The notes under the pieces: generated by a model | Told to the model about the DNA's origin: nothing | Database searches by the model: none | Seen by the model: the letters and a program-made list of their open reading frames with translations, nothing else | Translations under genes and position numbers: made by a program | Shown: piece after piece, positions 22,960 through 37,494 of the stretch | Layout: every line of letters begins with the position of its first letter | How positions within the stretch are numbered: position 1 is the stretch's first letter | NCBI GenBank assembly: GCA_043228905.1 | Contig: JBHGNT010000008.1 | Location: 20,088,001 to 20,152,000 of the forward strand | DNA: 64,000 bases | From: Azolla caroliniana | Lineage: Eukaryota > Plantae > Polypodiophyta | Direction: 5' to 3'

Positions 22960-24659
22960 TAACTTTGGGCCCAATTTTGTCTCAAACCGAACCGAACCAT
23001 TAAGCCATGGTTTAACAGTTCCAAAAAATTAAATGGTTTGGTTTGGTTTGGATTGGATTATTAATACACAGTTTGGTTTTAGTTTGGTTTGATTCTAAAA
23101 CTTGAGTTTATCGGTTTATAGGTTTGAGTGGTTTGGTTTAAAGGTTATTAGTTTTTGGTTAACTTTTTTTTTCCTTAATAGTTTAATTTATAGTTTTACT
23201 GATTTAATTAATTTAACTTGCATGCATATTTAATTTAATGGTTTACTTAGTATTTATTTATTTAATTAATTAATGTAACTTACATGCTTATTTAATTTAA
23301 TGGTTTAATTAGTATTTTATATTGATATCATTAATTTAACTTACATGTTTATTTAAGTTAATGGCTTAATTAATGTTTTATTATTGATTTAATTAATTAA
23401 ACTTAAATGTTTATTTAATTTAATGTATCTTTGTTTAATTAGACTAACTTAAATTGTTACGGTTTATTTAGTATTTTTTATTGATTTAACTAATTTAACT
23501 TACATGTTTATTTAAGTTAATGGTTTAATTAATGTTTTATTATTGATTTAATTAATTAAACTTAAATGTTTATTTAATTTAATGTATCTTTGTTTAATTA
23601 GTCTAACTTAAATGGTTACGGTTTAATTAGTATTTTTTATTGATTTAACTAATTTAACTTACATTTTTATTTAAGTTAATGGTTTAATTAATGGTTGGAT
23701 TTGGTTTCAATGTTTCCCTAAATGGTTTTGGTTTAATGGTTTGGTTTATTTGTTCTTAAATGGTTTGGTTTTTTTTCCAAAAAATTATTCTTCATTAGTA
23801 GAAATTCTACATACATAATGAATGATTAGTCTGACAACATTATAAAGGTTGTAGCCATGATAGGCCAATAACATAGCTCAAAGACTCGGAGTGGAAAACA
23901 AAAAAGAATGGCATGATTGGACTTTTATATGTAATGACCGTCTAGTGAAACCCCTTTGTGTGTGATTAATCCTAACCTTCTTCCATTGAATGATCAACAC
24001 ATACTAAGGCCTTCGACTTAGCTGAAAGTTTCTGTGGTCTATGTCAACACCTACTTCAGTTGCTACATTTGTAGACACCAAAATTCCCATGATGCCTAGG
24101 CAACTATTTTCTTCAACATGTGTCGACTTAGCCTTATGTAGGCTGATCAAAAGACTTTATATCCTCATTGAGATCTACATTAGAAAAAGTTTTTTCCAAA
24201 TCTTCAAGGTGTTTCTCTACAGTCTTTGAGCTTGCATTTTCCTTGCTCCGTTTATCACAGACTTGTAGAGGATTCATACTTTCATTGATTTCTTCTAGAC
24301 CGAACCTAGTATCGTGATCTTCAAATTTTGCATTCTCCAATGTGACATTGTCATTGCTATTAAGGAGGCCATTATTTTCAGTCGAAGAGGCTTCAAGAAT
24401 ACAAAATTATCTTCATCTTCCATATGAGACACTTGCCAATTACCACTGAAGACTTGTACATCCAAAAACAGAATGAGTCTACTCTCCTCATCCCCTCAAG
24501 AAAATATCTTCAATGCCCAACATCATCATCCTTCATCCTTTAAATGGTTTGGTTTAAATGGTTCGAGATTTCATAAACGGTTTGGTTTGGTTTTTGTTTT
24601 ATATAAATGTTCAGTTCGATTCGGTTTCAATGAAGAAAACCAAATCGGGCTCATAGTTA
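22960..24659. mobile_element. Probable non-autonomous DNA transposon with imperfect TIRs
   Basis: taactttgggcccaattt and aaatcgggctcatagtta form an inverted pair. Subterminal aaccg/ggttt arrays; internal AT-rich ~160-bp duplication (~23320-23690). Confidence 0.55.
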
Positions 24660-25636
24660 ACAACATACTTCCGAATGAGAACCATAATTAAAATGTGAAG
24701 CTTATGATTCAATTGATCAAGGAAATCTCCATATCTAACTAAAGAGTAATTAGAAATTAAATGACGCAGTTCACAAAGACTAGTTTCCTAGTTGATAGAA
24801 ATTAATTTATGCCAATCGATCGCATTCCTTGTTGTTTATCCACATGAATTTGCTTTGACTTTCAATCTTATTACTATACTACCTAACAGAATAATTTAAC
24901 AAATGAGTAGGGGGCTTGAAACACTCTCATGGTTCAAGGTATTTTTTTATTAGTACATAACTATGTGCTTAATCTCATAATTTACAAGCCTCAATTGATT
25001 AAAACATTGAAGTGGTAAAGATTTCTTTGATGATGTCCTAAGTTTTGACTAGGTACTAGTTTGATCTACCGAAGAATCTCTTATCTTAGATGAGCAAAAC
25101 AATCACTTCTTGGTAAAAGTTGTTCATACACTTGAATGCTAGTGATATATTGACTGTGTGAAGGTCTTGTCACTGCACATGTTGTTCAAGAGGACCCTTG
25201 AAGTGACATTTCTCAAATGCCTTCACTTTGGCCTTTTGCCTAATAGCTCTCTTTTCCCCTTAAGCAAGACGCTTTAATCTTGAGAATCCCTCACCGTACA
25301 CTTTTACCTAATCCCACATTGTGCATGTTTTGCACATAAACAAAACCTTCAGGTAATGAGGCCACACATGTGAAGGATCATAGTTTGCATAGATAAACCA
25401 CTTACACTAAATTAATCAGAATTCTTACGTGTAGATAATTTAATCCAGAACATACTTTGTTATTAAAATTATGTTACAATTGTGCACCTTTCAAGTGATT
25501 TTTATGTAGTTCAAATTGAGTCACTAGCTCGTCATTAAACTTTAGTTAGCATGAGGACCCCTACATGAATGATCATAGCTTTTAATGTATGGGATAAACC
25601 ACTTACACTAAGTTAATCAAAACAAGACCTTGACAT

Positions 25637-25826
25637 TGTCGTGGTTACTTAATTTAGCGTAATACTAGAAAAAGGGAAGATAGGATAAAATTATCTCTAC
25701 AACTTTAAAACAAATGCCCCCCCCAATGTGAAAGAAGATAACCTTTTTAGAGTGAGCCACTTTTGTGACCTTTTATCTCCTCTTCTTGGTTTAAAGGTTT
25801 TCTCTCCCGTCATAATCTAAGCGAGA

Positions 25827-25887
<61 letters not shown>

Positions 25888-26196
25888 TGACATCTTGTTT
25901 CTTATTTACTTTTTGTGGGTCCAAGGATTAGGTGTTAGTGCCATTTAGACAAACCTAATCACTTCTCCTTTTGTATATGTGTGTGCGTCCCTTGTTTATT
26001 GAGGTGTTGTTAGGGCAAGGTCGTGTGATTTCTTTAATATATTTGTGTGTTGGTGTGTGTACTTAAAGATAAAGCATGCAAGAGTCATTAGCTAATCTCT
26101 TCGTTAGGTTGACTTGGTGAGGATGAGTGATTGTTCACTAGATTAGAGTAAGTGTGCCTAGAGGTTTTAGAGTTCTTGACAACCACTCTCCCCCAA
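25637..26196 (-). mobile_element. LTR remnant with adjacent polypurine tract
   Basis: tgtc...gaca termini (25637-26181), internal (CT)n, and gggggagag tract at ~26186-26194 on the minus strand. Confidence 0.5.
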
Positions 26197-29049
26197 GTCG
26201 CCACTAAGACGGTATATGGTGATCCAAAAACCTTGGCTAACATAATGCACGTATGTTTCATACTATGCTTTCAAATATAAAAAATAGATTTAATAAATTC
26301 AAATATTGTAAAACACTTGTGTGGTGTTAAATTATAAAATCCTTAACTTTCAAATGTTGTAAATAGATGCTAACTTTGTAGGAGATAAGAATTTCATGAA
26401 TTAAAGTTGGAATGAAAGCATGGACCAACTATGTATTATTTATTTACACCAAATAATCATAACAATACTCCGCGTACAATATCTTTCTATCAATTACCAA
26501 ACATGAGAGTAGTTAAGATTAAAAAATCTTACAAAATAATTTATGTTGAGGCCATAAGACTTCCTTCCTATTACACAATTGTTTCTAACTTTAGTAATAT
26601 TGAATCCGAGTTTCAAGGCCCTTCAAGAGGCTTCCAAACATTTTTTTTGATACATTCCTTTTTGGCTATCCGTCTATGCAACCCTTTACATCAAGTTGAA
26701 CTGCAATTTTTATATTAGTGGTAGTCTTATATGCAAATTTAAAACAAAGCATGCAATCATGAAGTACTTAATACTTAGGCATCTTAAATGCCCCCATAAA
26801 ACTTATTATATGTTGTATTTGAATTATAGTTAAAGTATCTTGTTCACCAAGATATTCAAATGTATAAAAGACTTCAGATTACCATGATCTATAATTATGT
26901 TACATGTATATGTTATCTCATTTTAAACTATGGAGTATGGATTAATATTATGGCGTTATGTATAGCTTTCGAGATTGAGCTACAACAAGGACATTAATTA
27001 ATACCATGTTATTAGTCTTACATTTACATCCAACACACTAAAGCATGCCATTATTAACAATTTTTTTAAGTATTAATATGTCCTTCATAATCCTTGATTC
27101 CTCTAAACCCAATGCAAAAATATTTGGTAGACAACAAAAATGATTTGATAGATATACATTGCAAAACTAGACAAAGGTTGCATGTACAATTATATACAAG
27201 TTGAGAACACGACGAACCAATCCTTGCTATGTTCACATATTAAAAGGAAGTATTAATCATGCTATTTGTGAGCCTTTTCCTTGAATGTCTATTTTGATCA
27301 TAATCATAAAACAAGTTAACATCCATTGTTATAGATCCAAGGATTCATTTAATGTATTCATAAGAAGTTCAATGTGTTAATTTTCTATGTTCACAATGTA
27401 GACTTGAATTTTTTTTATTTGTCATAGATTTTTGTGGCTTTGTCACATTTTTGGAAAAGTCATGACAATTATTGAAGGGATCTAAAGATGACATTTCAAT
27501 GGTAACCTTTCATGTGAAGCATGACCATGTTGTGGTAGTTTAGCTTTATGAATACCAACAATTGTATAATGTAAATAGATAACCCTTTATTAAGACTTTT
27601 GTGTAAGGTATTATTGGAGGCATAATGGTAAAGTTTTCTCTACTCTATATCCATGTTTAGTCATGTGAATACTAGAAAGGGGATGGTTATATTGAATAGT
27701 GACAAGTAAATGATGAACATCACTTTCCCACTTATTGGGGAGACTTTATTGTAGATAAAGAAGATAATTTGTTATACTAAAATATTATAAACTAGGACAA
27801 CCTGATTGCAAAATGTGACACATTGAGATAAGTATGGCTTGTCATCAATATGCATAGTAAGGTCACCCATGAATGAAGATACGTGCTAAAGTTTTCCACG
27901 TCAATGTGGTTGAAAACCCCATGTTAAGGTCATACTTGATTAAAAACATGCAGTGAATGTTTTCCCCCACATGGGTGAAACTTGAACCACTTCATAATTT
28001 AGGTTTGGCAGGATGGTCCTGTTAGATATGGTGTTTTGTAATGCGGAAGTATGTGAGGACCTATCGGTTATGTACAACAGACAACACAGATAGTATGGCG
28101 GAGGAAACTGTAGATAGACAAGCTTGAAGCTTTAATGGAAGCTCTCGTTATTTTGGTTCTCTCTCTCTCTACAAGACTCGAGATACAAGAATGATCAACA
28201 ACTCGTATTGCAATGTTAGGTTAGGGCTTATATACTCAAGCCCTAACTATTGGACATGTTCACACTGGTAAGGATACAAAGTGGAAGGAGTCAGCCTTTT
28301 ATGCCAACAAACTCCCCCGTAAAAGGACTACTCTTTCTAATTACAATTGTATGAGGTTATCTCCCCTGTAAACCTAGATTACAATTTTAATCTAAACTTA
28401 TGATTACAAGTCGTTCGACATATAGCCGAGTCGACAGAGATAAAGTTGGTATATAGCCTGATTCGGCTAGTCATCTGGATCGGCTTGTTCGAATTGGTCG
28501 GATCTTCGACTTAACTTCTGCTCCTTGTTTGGCTTTCTTCTGCTCGATCGCTTGTTGTAGTCCCATCTTTGTCCTTAGTGCTCCGAATATGATGATACAA
28601 TACCTCAATATGCTTTGTTTTCGCATGATAGATAGGATAATTGATGAGATGTATTGCACTCTGTGAGTTGCAGTAAATGGTCGGTGTTGGTCAATCGGTT
28701 CGCCTCGTAGTCGAGAAGTTGGCAGTTAGTTGATGCAGCCAAATTGCTTCCTTCGCTACCTCCGATGCTGCTATGTACTCGGCTTCTGTGGTAGATAGAG
28801 TTGTGCACTCTTAAAGCTTTGACCTTCATTATATAGCACTGCCACCATAGGTGAAGATGTAGCTTGATGTCAACTTCCGATTGTCTGAATTCCCGGTGTA
28901 GTTGGAGTCGGTGTAGCCTTCGACTTGAGTCATATTTACAAATTCGAAAGTTAGTTGTGTATCTTCGGTCCCTCTTAGGTACTTGAAGATGTGCTTGACG
29001 GCCTCCCAATGCTTTTCTCTTTGGTTTGACATGTACTGGCTGACGACCC

Positions 29050-32000
29050 TGATGAGAATAGCGTAGAATATTGCTTGGCCACAACCGACGGAGTCTTGAA
29101 CACTTCTATGAGAATTGAGAACATAGAAATGGGAACTAAAGAGTGAAACACAAGATGTTTGCGTGGAAAGCCCTAAATGGGAAAAACCACGGGAGCCCAC
29201 AGACTCCGAACTATCACTATGAAGAGAAGGGGTACAATCAGAGACTCGTAGGCAACGACCTCGAGCTCGTTTTCTTCGCCAGGCAGTAGTTACAACACAA
29301 TATCGCTCTGTATATTTCTCTCTCTCTCTCCCTCTCTGTCGCTCTCTCTGTACAACAGTTACAACAACAAAACTCACACATAAAGTGATTGCCCTAAGTC
29401 ATATTTATACTTATATGAACTTAGGGCTATTTACAAATATAGCCTCAATAGACTTACTCAAGAAACATATTTACAGATATGTCTCTCTTCCAGTTCTCAC
29501 CGGGTCCTCTTCATTCATCACTGGATCCCATCCGGAGGGACTAATTTCCCAACAATCTCCCCCTTCACTCTGGCATGGGATGTCTTGTCAGCCCGATCCA
29601 CTTTTGGCACGCGTCCAACTTGTCGGTTGTCAGAACGTTGGTCAACATGTGATCTTTGTTGGCACAAACTCTTGATCTTCTACTCTCTCTCAGATCCAGT
29701 AGTACCTCTACTGGATATGTTTCGTCCGGGAATGGTAGGCCGCATTCTTTGCAAGGTGGATGGCACTTTGACTGTCGTAGTAGAGCCGATATTCCTTCTG
29801 TTGGATTCCTAGCTCTCCGATGAAGTCCTTCATCCAGATTATCTCCTTGCTAGCTTCTACAGTTGCCATATACTCTGCCTTCGTGGTTGACAACGCAACT
29901 GTCTTCTGCAGCCTCGAATGCCACGAAATAGCTCCCCTTGCATAAGTCATGACATATCCGGATGTAGACCGGCTAGTATCCGCATCAGCCGACATATCTG
30001 ACTCCGTGAATCCGTCAAGTTGGGGATTACCCAAGCCGAACCGGAGGCACATACTCAAGGTGCCTTTCAAATACTGGAGTATCCACTTGACCGCATTGCA
30101 GTGCTCTCTTCCGAGATTGGTCATGAACCCGCTCACCACTCAGATTGTATATCCGATATCTGACCGGGTACACACCATTGCGTACATCAAACTCCCGATG
30201 ACAGCGGCATATGGTATCTTCATCATATCCACCTTCTCTGCCTTTGTCCTCGGGCTCTGCTTTCCGGATAGCTTGCAATTTGCCGGAAGTGTCGATCCGA
30301 CCGGTTTCGCATCCGACATGTTGAACCGCTGAAGCACCTTTGTCACGTACTTCTCTTGTGACAACCACAACAACTTTTTCGACTGGTCCTGGATGATGTG
30401 CATACCCAATATCTGTCTTGCCAAACCCAAGTCTTTCATTGAGAAAGTCCGGTTTAGAGCCTTCTTTAGCATCCGGATCTTGCCTTGGTCTCGTCCAACG
30501 ATCAACATATCATCCACATAGAGGAGTATCAGGAAATCTTCTCCATCAAATTTGTTCACAAACACACAGAGATCGGCTTGCGTTTTGTGGTACTCTTGGT
30601 CGGTCATGAAGGAGTCGAACTTCCGGTACCATTGTCGGGGAGCTTGCTTCAGTCCGTATAGGCTCTTCTTCAGCCGGAAGACTAGGTGCTCCTTCCCTTT
30701 CTTCTCAAATCCTTCCGGTTGATGCATGTAGATTTCTTCTTCGAGGTCGCCATGTAGGAATGTCGTCTTGACGTCCAGTTGCTCTACCTCGAGGTCCATG
30801 CTTGTCGCTATGCCCAATACTGTCTGGATGGATGTCATCTTTACTACCGGGGCAAAGATCTCATCGAAATCCACTCCTTTCTTCTACTGGAAACCCGAAG
30901 AAGCCCTTCACCACGATTCGGGTCTTATACCTGGGTGGATTTCCGGCATCTCCTGGTTTCAACTTGTACACCCACTTGTTCCGGAGTGTTCCGTCCTTGG
31001 CTTCTGACTACCGGTTCCTCCGTTTGTTCCTCATCCTCATCCGATTCAGGATCTTGTCCGGTTTTGGTGTCTTCTTCTTCTTCTTCTTCTTTGGTCGGTT
31101 CGGTTTCCTGTCCGTATCTGGCCGGTTTGTCGAGTGTCATCCGGTTACCGGCCAACATCCGTTTTTCAACCGAGTTGCTCCTTGTGTCATCAAACTGGTT
31201 TTCATTGGATGATCCGGAGTTGATCATCTTCTTCTCCAACTCCCAATCAAAAATGGTCTTGTCTTCCATGAAGACTATGTCCTAACTCCGGAACACCTTC
31301 TTGTCGACCAGATCCCACACCTGGTAATCGAACTCATCATCGCCGTATCCAAGGAATATGTATGGCCTAGACTTCGGATCCAGCTTTGCTCTCTTCTCTT
31401 TCACCACATGCACATATGCGAGACACCCGAACACCTTCAGATGCCGGTTAGAGACATCTTTACCGGTCCATACTTTCTGAGGTGAGTCTCCTCCCAAGGG
31501 TACTGAGGGTGATCTATTTATCACATAGGTCGCCATCGTCAGCGCCTCAGCTCAAAACGTCTTGGGTAACTTGGCATGTGTGAGCATGCTCCGAACTCTC
31601 TCCATTATGGTCCGGTTCATCCTTTCGACCAACCCATTCAATTTCGGTGTCTTTGGCACGGTAAATTTGAGCCGGATTCCCTTCGACCGACAGTACTCCT
31701 CGAACTACCCCCGGTATTCTCCTCCATTATTTGCTCGAACTGCCTTCAGCTTCCGGTCGGTTTTTGTTTCCACTCTCACATGGAGCTCCTTGAAGATGGA
31801 TAGCACCTGATCCTTCTTCTTCAACGGCGAGACCCACAACTTCCGGCTGTGGTCGTCTATGAACGTCATGAAGTACTGCGATCCGGCATGTGACTTCGCG
31901 TCCACTTGCACACATCGGTATGCACTAGCTCTAGTGGTGCATTCCGTCTCATCGGTGGTCTTGACCGGAAGGAGGTTCGGTTTTGCTTGCCAGACAAACA

Positions 32001-34991
32001 ATCGGTGCACTTCTCATGTTGCACGTCCTACACCGGAATGAGGTTGTCTTTGGCAAGCCTCTTCATCCCCTTCTCACTCATGTGACACAATCTTTTGTGC
32101 CACAGCTCATCGGTAGTGTCAGATGCTACGTTCACTCCTTCCTGGAATATCCGGGCATTCATCAAGTACAGTGTGTTGATCTTCCGGGCTCAAGCCACTA
32201 TTAGGCTCCCTTCCCTGAACTTCATGACTCCATTCTAGATGCTACCCATGTAGCCTTCATCATCTAGCCGACTGGCTGATATCAAGTTCAGTCGATCCTC
32301 CGGAACGTGTCAGACATCCTTTAGTAGCAACTTGCATCCGGTTGATGTTTTCAACAACACTTCTCCTATGTCGATAATTCGGCATGTACCCTCATTCCCC
32401 ATCCGGACACAACCATGATCACCGGTTGTGTAGGATGAGAAGCATCTCCGGTCTGGTGTCAGGTGGAACGACGCTCTAGAATCGACAACCCACGTTGTCT
32501 CGTCACTTACAAGGTTTAACTCATTGTCCTTGGTAATGAGCATCAGTTCCTCTTCACTTGTTGCAATCACCGAAGTTCCTTTCCAATCCGAGCCTCTCCG
32601 GTCTGAACCATTTCGGTCTGAACTCTTCTTCGAATCGATGGTGCCATTTTCTTTCTCTTTTCGGAAATGCCGAGAGTTCTTTTGGAAGTGAGCTGGTTTT
32701 CCACAGTAGAAGCAAGTAGTCCTCCCCCTTGACTTCGACCTCATCCCCGACTTGTCCCGATTTTGGGGACACCGATATCGGCCTCTTCCCCGGTTGTGGT
32801 CATCTTCCGTGACCAAGTCCTTCGGATCTGTTCCAGACTCTCGGTCCTTCCGGTGAGCTTCTTCATCTAGCAAGCTTGACTTTAACCTTGTTAGGGACAA
32901 TTGTTTTCCTTCCGGCCCGACGTTGCCCAACGTGACAACTAACGTCTCCCAGCTATCCGGGAGGGAATCGAGGAGGAGCAATGCGAGTACCTCATCGGCA
33001 AGAGGTACTTCCAATGAGGTTGCTTGGTGTATTAGCCCCTAGAAGGTATTCATGTGCTCCGCCATACTGGAGTCGTCTTGGTAACAGAGCCTCACTAGCT
33101 TCCGGAATACCGAAACCCTATTAACGACATTCTTGTTCTGGAACATGATGTCGATCTTCTCCCAGAGTTCATGAGCCTTACTTTCTTCATTGAAGTTGTT
33201 GTACAAGCTCATGTCAATGAAGCACCGGATCTATGCCGTCGTCTTCATGTGCATTACCTCCCACACTATGGCGTCGATTTTATCCGGTCTCTTGTCCCCA
33301 AACTGAAACGGGAACCAAAGATCTTTGACCACCAACATATCCCTCATCTTCGACTTCCACACTTAGTAGTTGGAGCCGCTGAGCTTGAACATGCCGCCGA
33401 GCGATTCTTCCATTTTCTGTGTTGTTCGCTCTGATACAAGTTAATGAGAATAGTGCGGAATATTGCTCGGCCACAACTGAGTCTTGAACACTTCTATGAG
33501 AATGGAGAACACAGAAATGGGAACTAAAGAGTGAAACACAAGATGTTTACATGGAAAACCCTAAATGGGAAAAACCACGGGAGCCCACAAACTCCGAACT
33601 ATCACTATGAAGAGAAGGGGTACAATCAGAGACTCGTAGGCAACGACCTCGAGCTCAGTTTCTTCGCCAGGCGGCGGTTACAACAAAGTATCGCTCTGTA
33701 TCTCTCTCTCTCTCTCTCCCTCTCTGTTGCTCTCTTTGTACAACAGTTATAACAACAACAAAACTCACACATAAAGTGATTGCCCTAAGTCATATTTATA
33801 CTCATAGATTGACCTATGTGTGAAATTCGTAATATTCGACATCCGTAATATTCGTAATATTCGAGAATACAAAATGACCCCAAGAATATTACACAACCAT
33901 TCGATTATTTATTTATTATTTAAAAAAATAATTTTATATATTATATATAAAAATATTATTAGTCTAAGGTCCCCTTTTTAATGTTAAGAGAGTAAAAAGC
34001 GGGGAATTAATGAACCTTTTATTTATTATTTATTTATTTATTAAAAATAAAACAAATACTTTAAAGTTTTTCATCTATTATAATTTATAAGAATATTATT
34101 AGTGTGAGGTCCCCTTTTTAATGTGAGATAAAGATATAAAATTTTGTGAGGACCTTTTATTTATTCTATTTATTTTACATATATTTTATTTATTTTTTGT
34201 TTTATTAAATATTGAAATAGATACATCTAAGTCTGATAAAATATTATTAGTGTGAGTTCCCCTTTTTAATGTCAAACAAAAATATGAAATTTATGGGAAC
34301 CTTTTATTTAGTTAATTTATTTATATTAATTTATTTATTTTTCGTTTTATTAAAAAATAAAACAAATACATTTAAGTTTTATATATATTATAAAAATATT
34401 ATTAGTATGAGGTTCCCTTTTAATAACAGATAAAAATATCAATTTTTGTGGGAGAGTAAAGTGAGAAATTAATGAACGTTTTATTTATTATTTATTATTA
34501 TTTTATATTTATTAAAAATAAAACAAATACTTTTAAGTTTTAAGTTTTCCATTTATTATATAAAAATATTATTTAGTGTAAGCCTGCTTTTTAATATCAA
34601 GTTAAATATCCCATATTTAATGTGAAAGTCTCTTTGTTATATGATATATATATTAGAAACTAAAAAGTAGGAACTCTTTTTCTTTCTTTCTTTTTTAACG
34701 AATATTTTTTCATGTATTCTTATGCATATTCGTATGTATTCGTATGGTAACCCGCATGAATGCGAATATGTCAATCTATGTTTATACTTATATGAACTTA
34801 GGGCTATTTACAAATATAGCCACAATCGACTTACTCAAGAAACTTATTTACAGATATGTCTCTCTTCAGGTTCTCACCGGCTCTCTTCTGGTTCTCACCG
34901 GGTCTCCTCCTGTTTCCAGATCTCTTCCGGTTCTCACTGGGTCCTCTTCATTCATCACTGGATCCCATCCGGAGGGACTGATTTCCCAACA
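29050..34991 (-). mobile_element. Copia-B nested in the RT of Copia-A
   Basis: LTRs 29050-29554 and 33442-34991 (the latter holds a MITE). TSD gaccc/aaccc. PBS ~33428-33439, PPT 29556-29570. Decayed gag-pol 33413-29590 (CFYCGKPAH, VDSRAS, YVDD). Confidence 0.93.
33803..34780. mobile_element. hAT-type MITE in the Copia-B 5' LTR
   Basis: 15-bp TIR catagattgac(c/a)tat. Perfect 8-bp TSD tttatact (33795-33802, 34781-34788). Subterminal tattcg repeats and AT-rich internal ~130-160-bp repeats. Confidence 0.92.
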
Positions 34992-37494
34992 AACCCCCAC
35001 AACATATGCAAGATCGGGTTTGGTTGCCACCATCGCGTACACGATACTTCCTACTGCAGATGCGTAAGGTTTCTTTCCATTAAGCTCTTTCTCCTTATCC
35101 ATCGAAGGAAAGTCTTAGTCGGATAGTCAGATCAATGTCGGAAGCGGTGTTGGTGTTGGCTTCGCATTCTTCATGTTGAAGCGCTTCAACACTTTGCGGA
35201 TGTAATCTGACTAGGAGAGTTGGAGAATTTTCGTCATCCGATTTCGCTCGATCCTCATGCCCAGTATGTGTCAGGCTTGTCTGAGTTCCTTCATCATGAA
35301 TTTGTCATGAAGGCTCTGCTTTAACTTTCCGATTTCGGCTTGATTGCTTCTTGCTATCAACCTGTTGTCGACATACTGGATCAGATAGATCTGCGTCTCG
35401 TCGGCCAGTTGCCGAGTATATAGACATGGGTCAGTGTCGAATTGGTTGTAGCCGAGTTGTCTGATATAGGAGTCGAACTTTTGGTACCACATCCTCAAAG
35501 CTTGTTTTAAACCATCGAGGATTTTCTTCAGTCAACATACGAGGCGACCTTCCTCCCCCGTCTTCGTGAAGCCTGCCGGTTGAGATATGTAAATGTCTTC
35601 TTCCAGATCTCCGTGTAGGATTGTTGTCTTTACGTCCATCTGCTCGATCTCTAGGTCTTTTGTCACCACGACCCTAAGTAGGAGCCGAAGGGTGGTCATC
35701 TTGACTACTGGAGAAAATATCTCATCGTAGTCAACCCCATCTTCATGTTTGAATCCCTTCGTGACGAGCTGAGCTTTGTGTCGGGAAACATGTCCCTCTG
35801 GATGGGAAGTGACGTACCGTGTTGGTGAGTATCTCGGTTGAGGCCGAAACCGAAATCGTTTCGGAATTGTAAATAGTCTAAAATGCCCTTGTGGGCTATA
35901 CTTGTAAATAGCCAGAAAGTTGCTTTTGTTTATAAGCAACTAGGGCAAACTTTATAGTAGAGTGTAGTTGATCATTATTGTAAAGTTAGAATGAGGTAGT
36001 TGCCTATGTAACCGTGAGTGAGAGAGTAACTCTATAGCCTTCTGTTAGACGAAGGAGGACTCAAGGCCGTTGCCTCTAAGTTCCTTATTTTGTACTTCCT
36101 CTCTACTATAATGATCTATTTTTCTCGGGGTTTGTGGACCCCCATGGTTTTTCCCATTTCAGGTTTTCCACGTAAAATATAGGTGTCTCTTTGTCTTCAC
36201 GTATTTCTTGCCTATGTACTAGTTCTTGGTTTCTACACACGAATACAAACGTGAAACCGGTTGTGGCCGGTCGATTCCTAACAAAGTGGTATTAAAGCGA
36301 TGGAAGACTTGTTCGGTGGCATGTTTAAGCTAACCGACTCCAACTACTCAGTGTGGAAGTCGAAGATGAGAGACATGCTCACATGCAAAGACCTCTAGCT
36401 GTCGGTGTAGTTCAGAGATAAAAGACTAGACAAGATCGATGCAGCAACTTGGGAAGTGTTGCATCTGAAGGTGGCCGCATATATAAGGTGTTTTATAGAC
36501 ATGAGTCTATACAACAACTTCGGCGAAGAAATAGAAGCAGGCGTCCTATGGAAGAAGATCAACGTCATGTTCCAAAACAAGAATGCGTGAACTGAGTCTC
36601 AGTATTTCAAGAAATCGTGAGGCTTCGGTGTCGTGATGTTTCTAACATAGTGTGAAACCACCCTCAAAAAGAAGTAAAATAGTAGTTCAAATAAACTAGT
36701 ATTGTGAAGTCAACTTTATTGGTAGCAAAAATACTTTTTCATTTGCCAAAGATAAGTCCTTACAAATAAAAGGTCAAAGGATTGAACTTTACTATAAATA
36801 ATGATGAATATTAAGTTAGAGGCGGTTTTCAAAAGTAGACAAAAGTAGAGAAAAAGATGGGGAGAAAAAAAGAAGCACGAGTGGATATGAGGAGCATAGT
36901 AGAGAAAAAAGCTCATAATTTCCTCGTCAGATGTCCAAATTAGAAAAGAAAAGATGCATAAGAAAGCTAACAAAAAGAGCTTTCCAAGAATATCTTGTAT
37001 GTGAAATTGGGGGCTAGAAAATAGAAATAGGGAGGAAAAGGAAAGTTGACTCACATAGACAAGATTTGTTTTAGGGGAAAAAGGCAAGCAATCCTAAACC
37101 TATAAATAAGAGCCTATTCTAGTGAAGAAGGGAGGGAGGGAGAAGGAACGCAGAAGCTCTACTCAATTGGAAGGCAAAAGAAGAAGGATCAACAACATTG
37201 AGAGGCCTCATCAACAGAGAATCACCTTCTTCTATATTCCACTCTCTTCTTTCCTCCACCTCTCTTCCCCCGTCCTTTATAAATTATCTCTTATATTCAT
37301 ATCAAACCCGTTGTAAAATTGATTCTTATTTTATAAAAGAATCTATTATATTGCAATAAACTAATGTTTGGTTTCACCTACGTATCTTATATGTTATTAT
37401 CATTTGTGCTTATTTGTTTGTGTGCCTTGTGACGAGGGAGCGTTTCGGGCTTGCCCATGCACCTCTCCTTTCACAAAGGCATTCAAACTTATGT

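Noticed and set aside
35532-35939. RT ORF with a novel N-terminus
   Set aside because: Chimeric reading across the Copia-C LTR / Copia-A RT junction.
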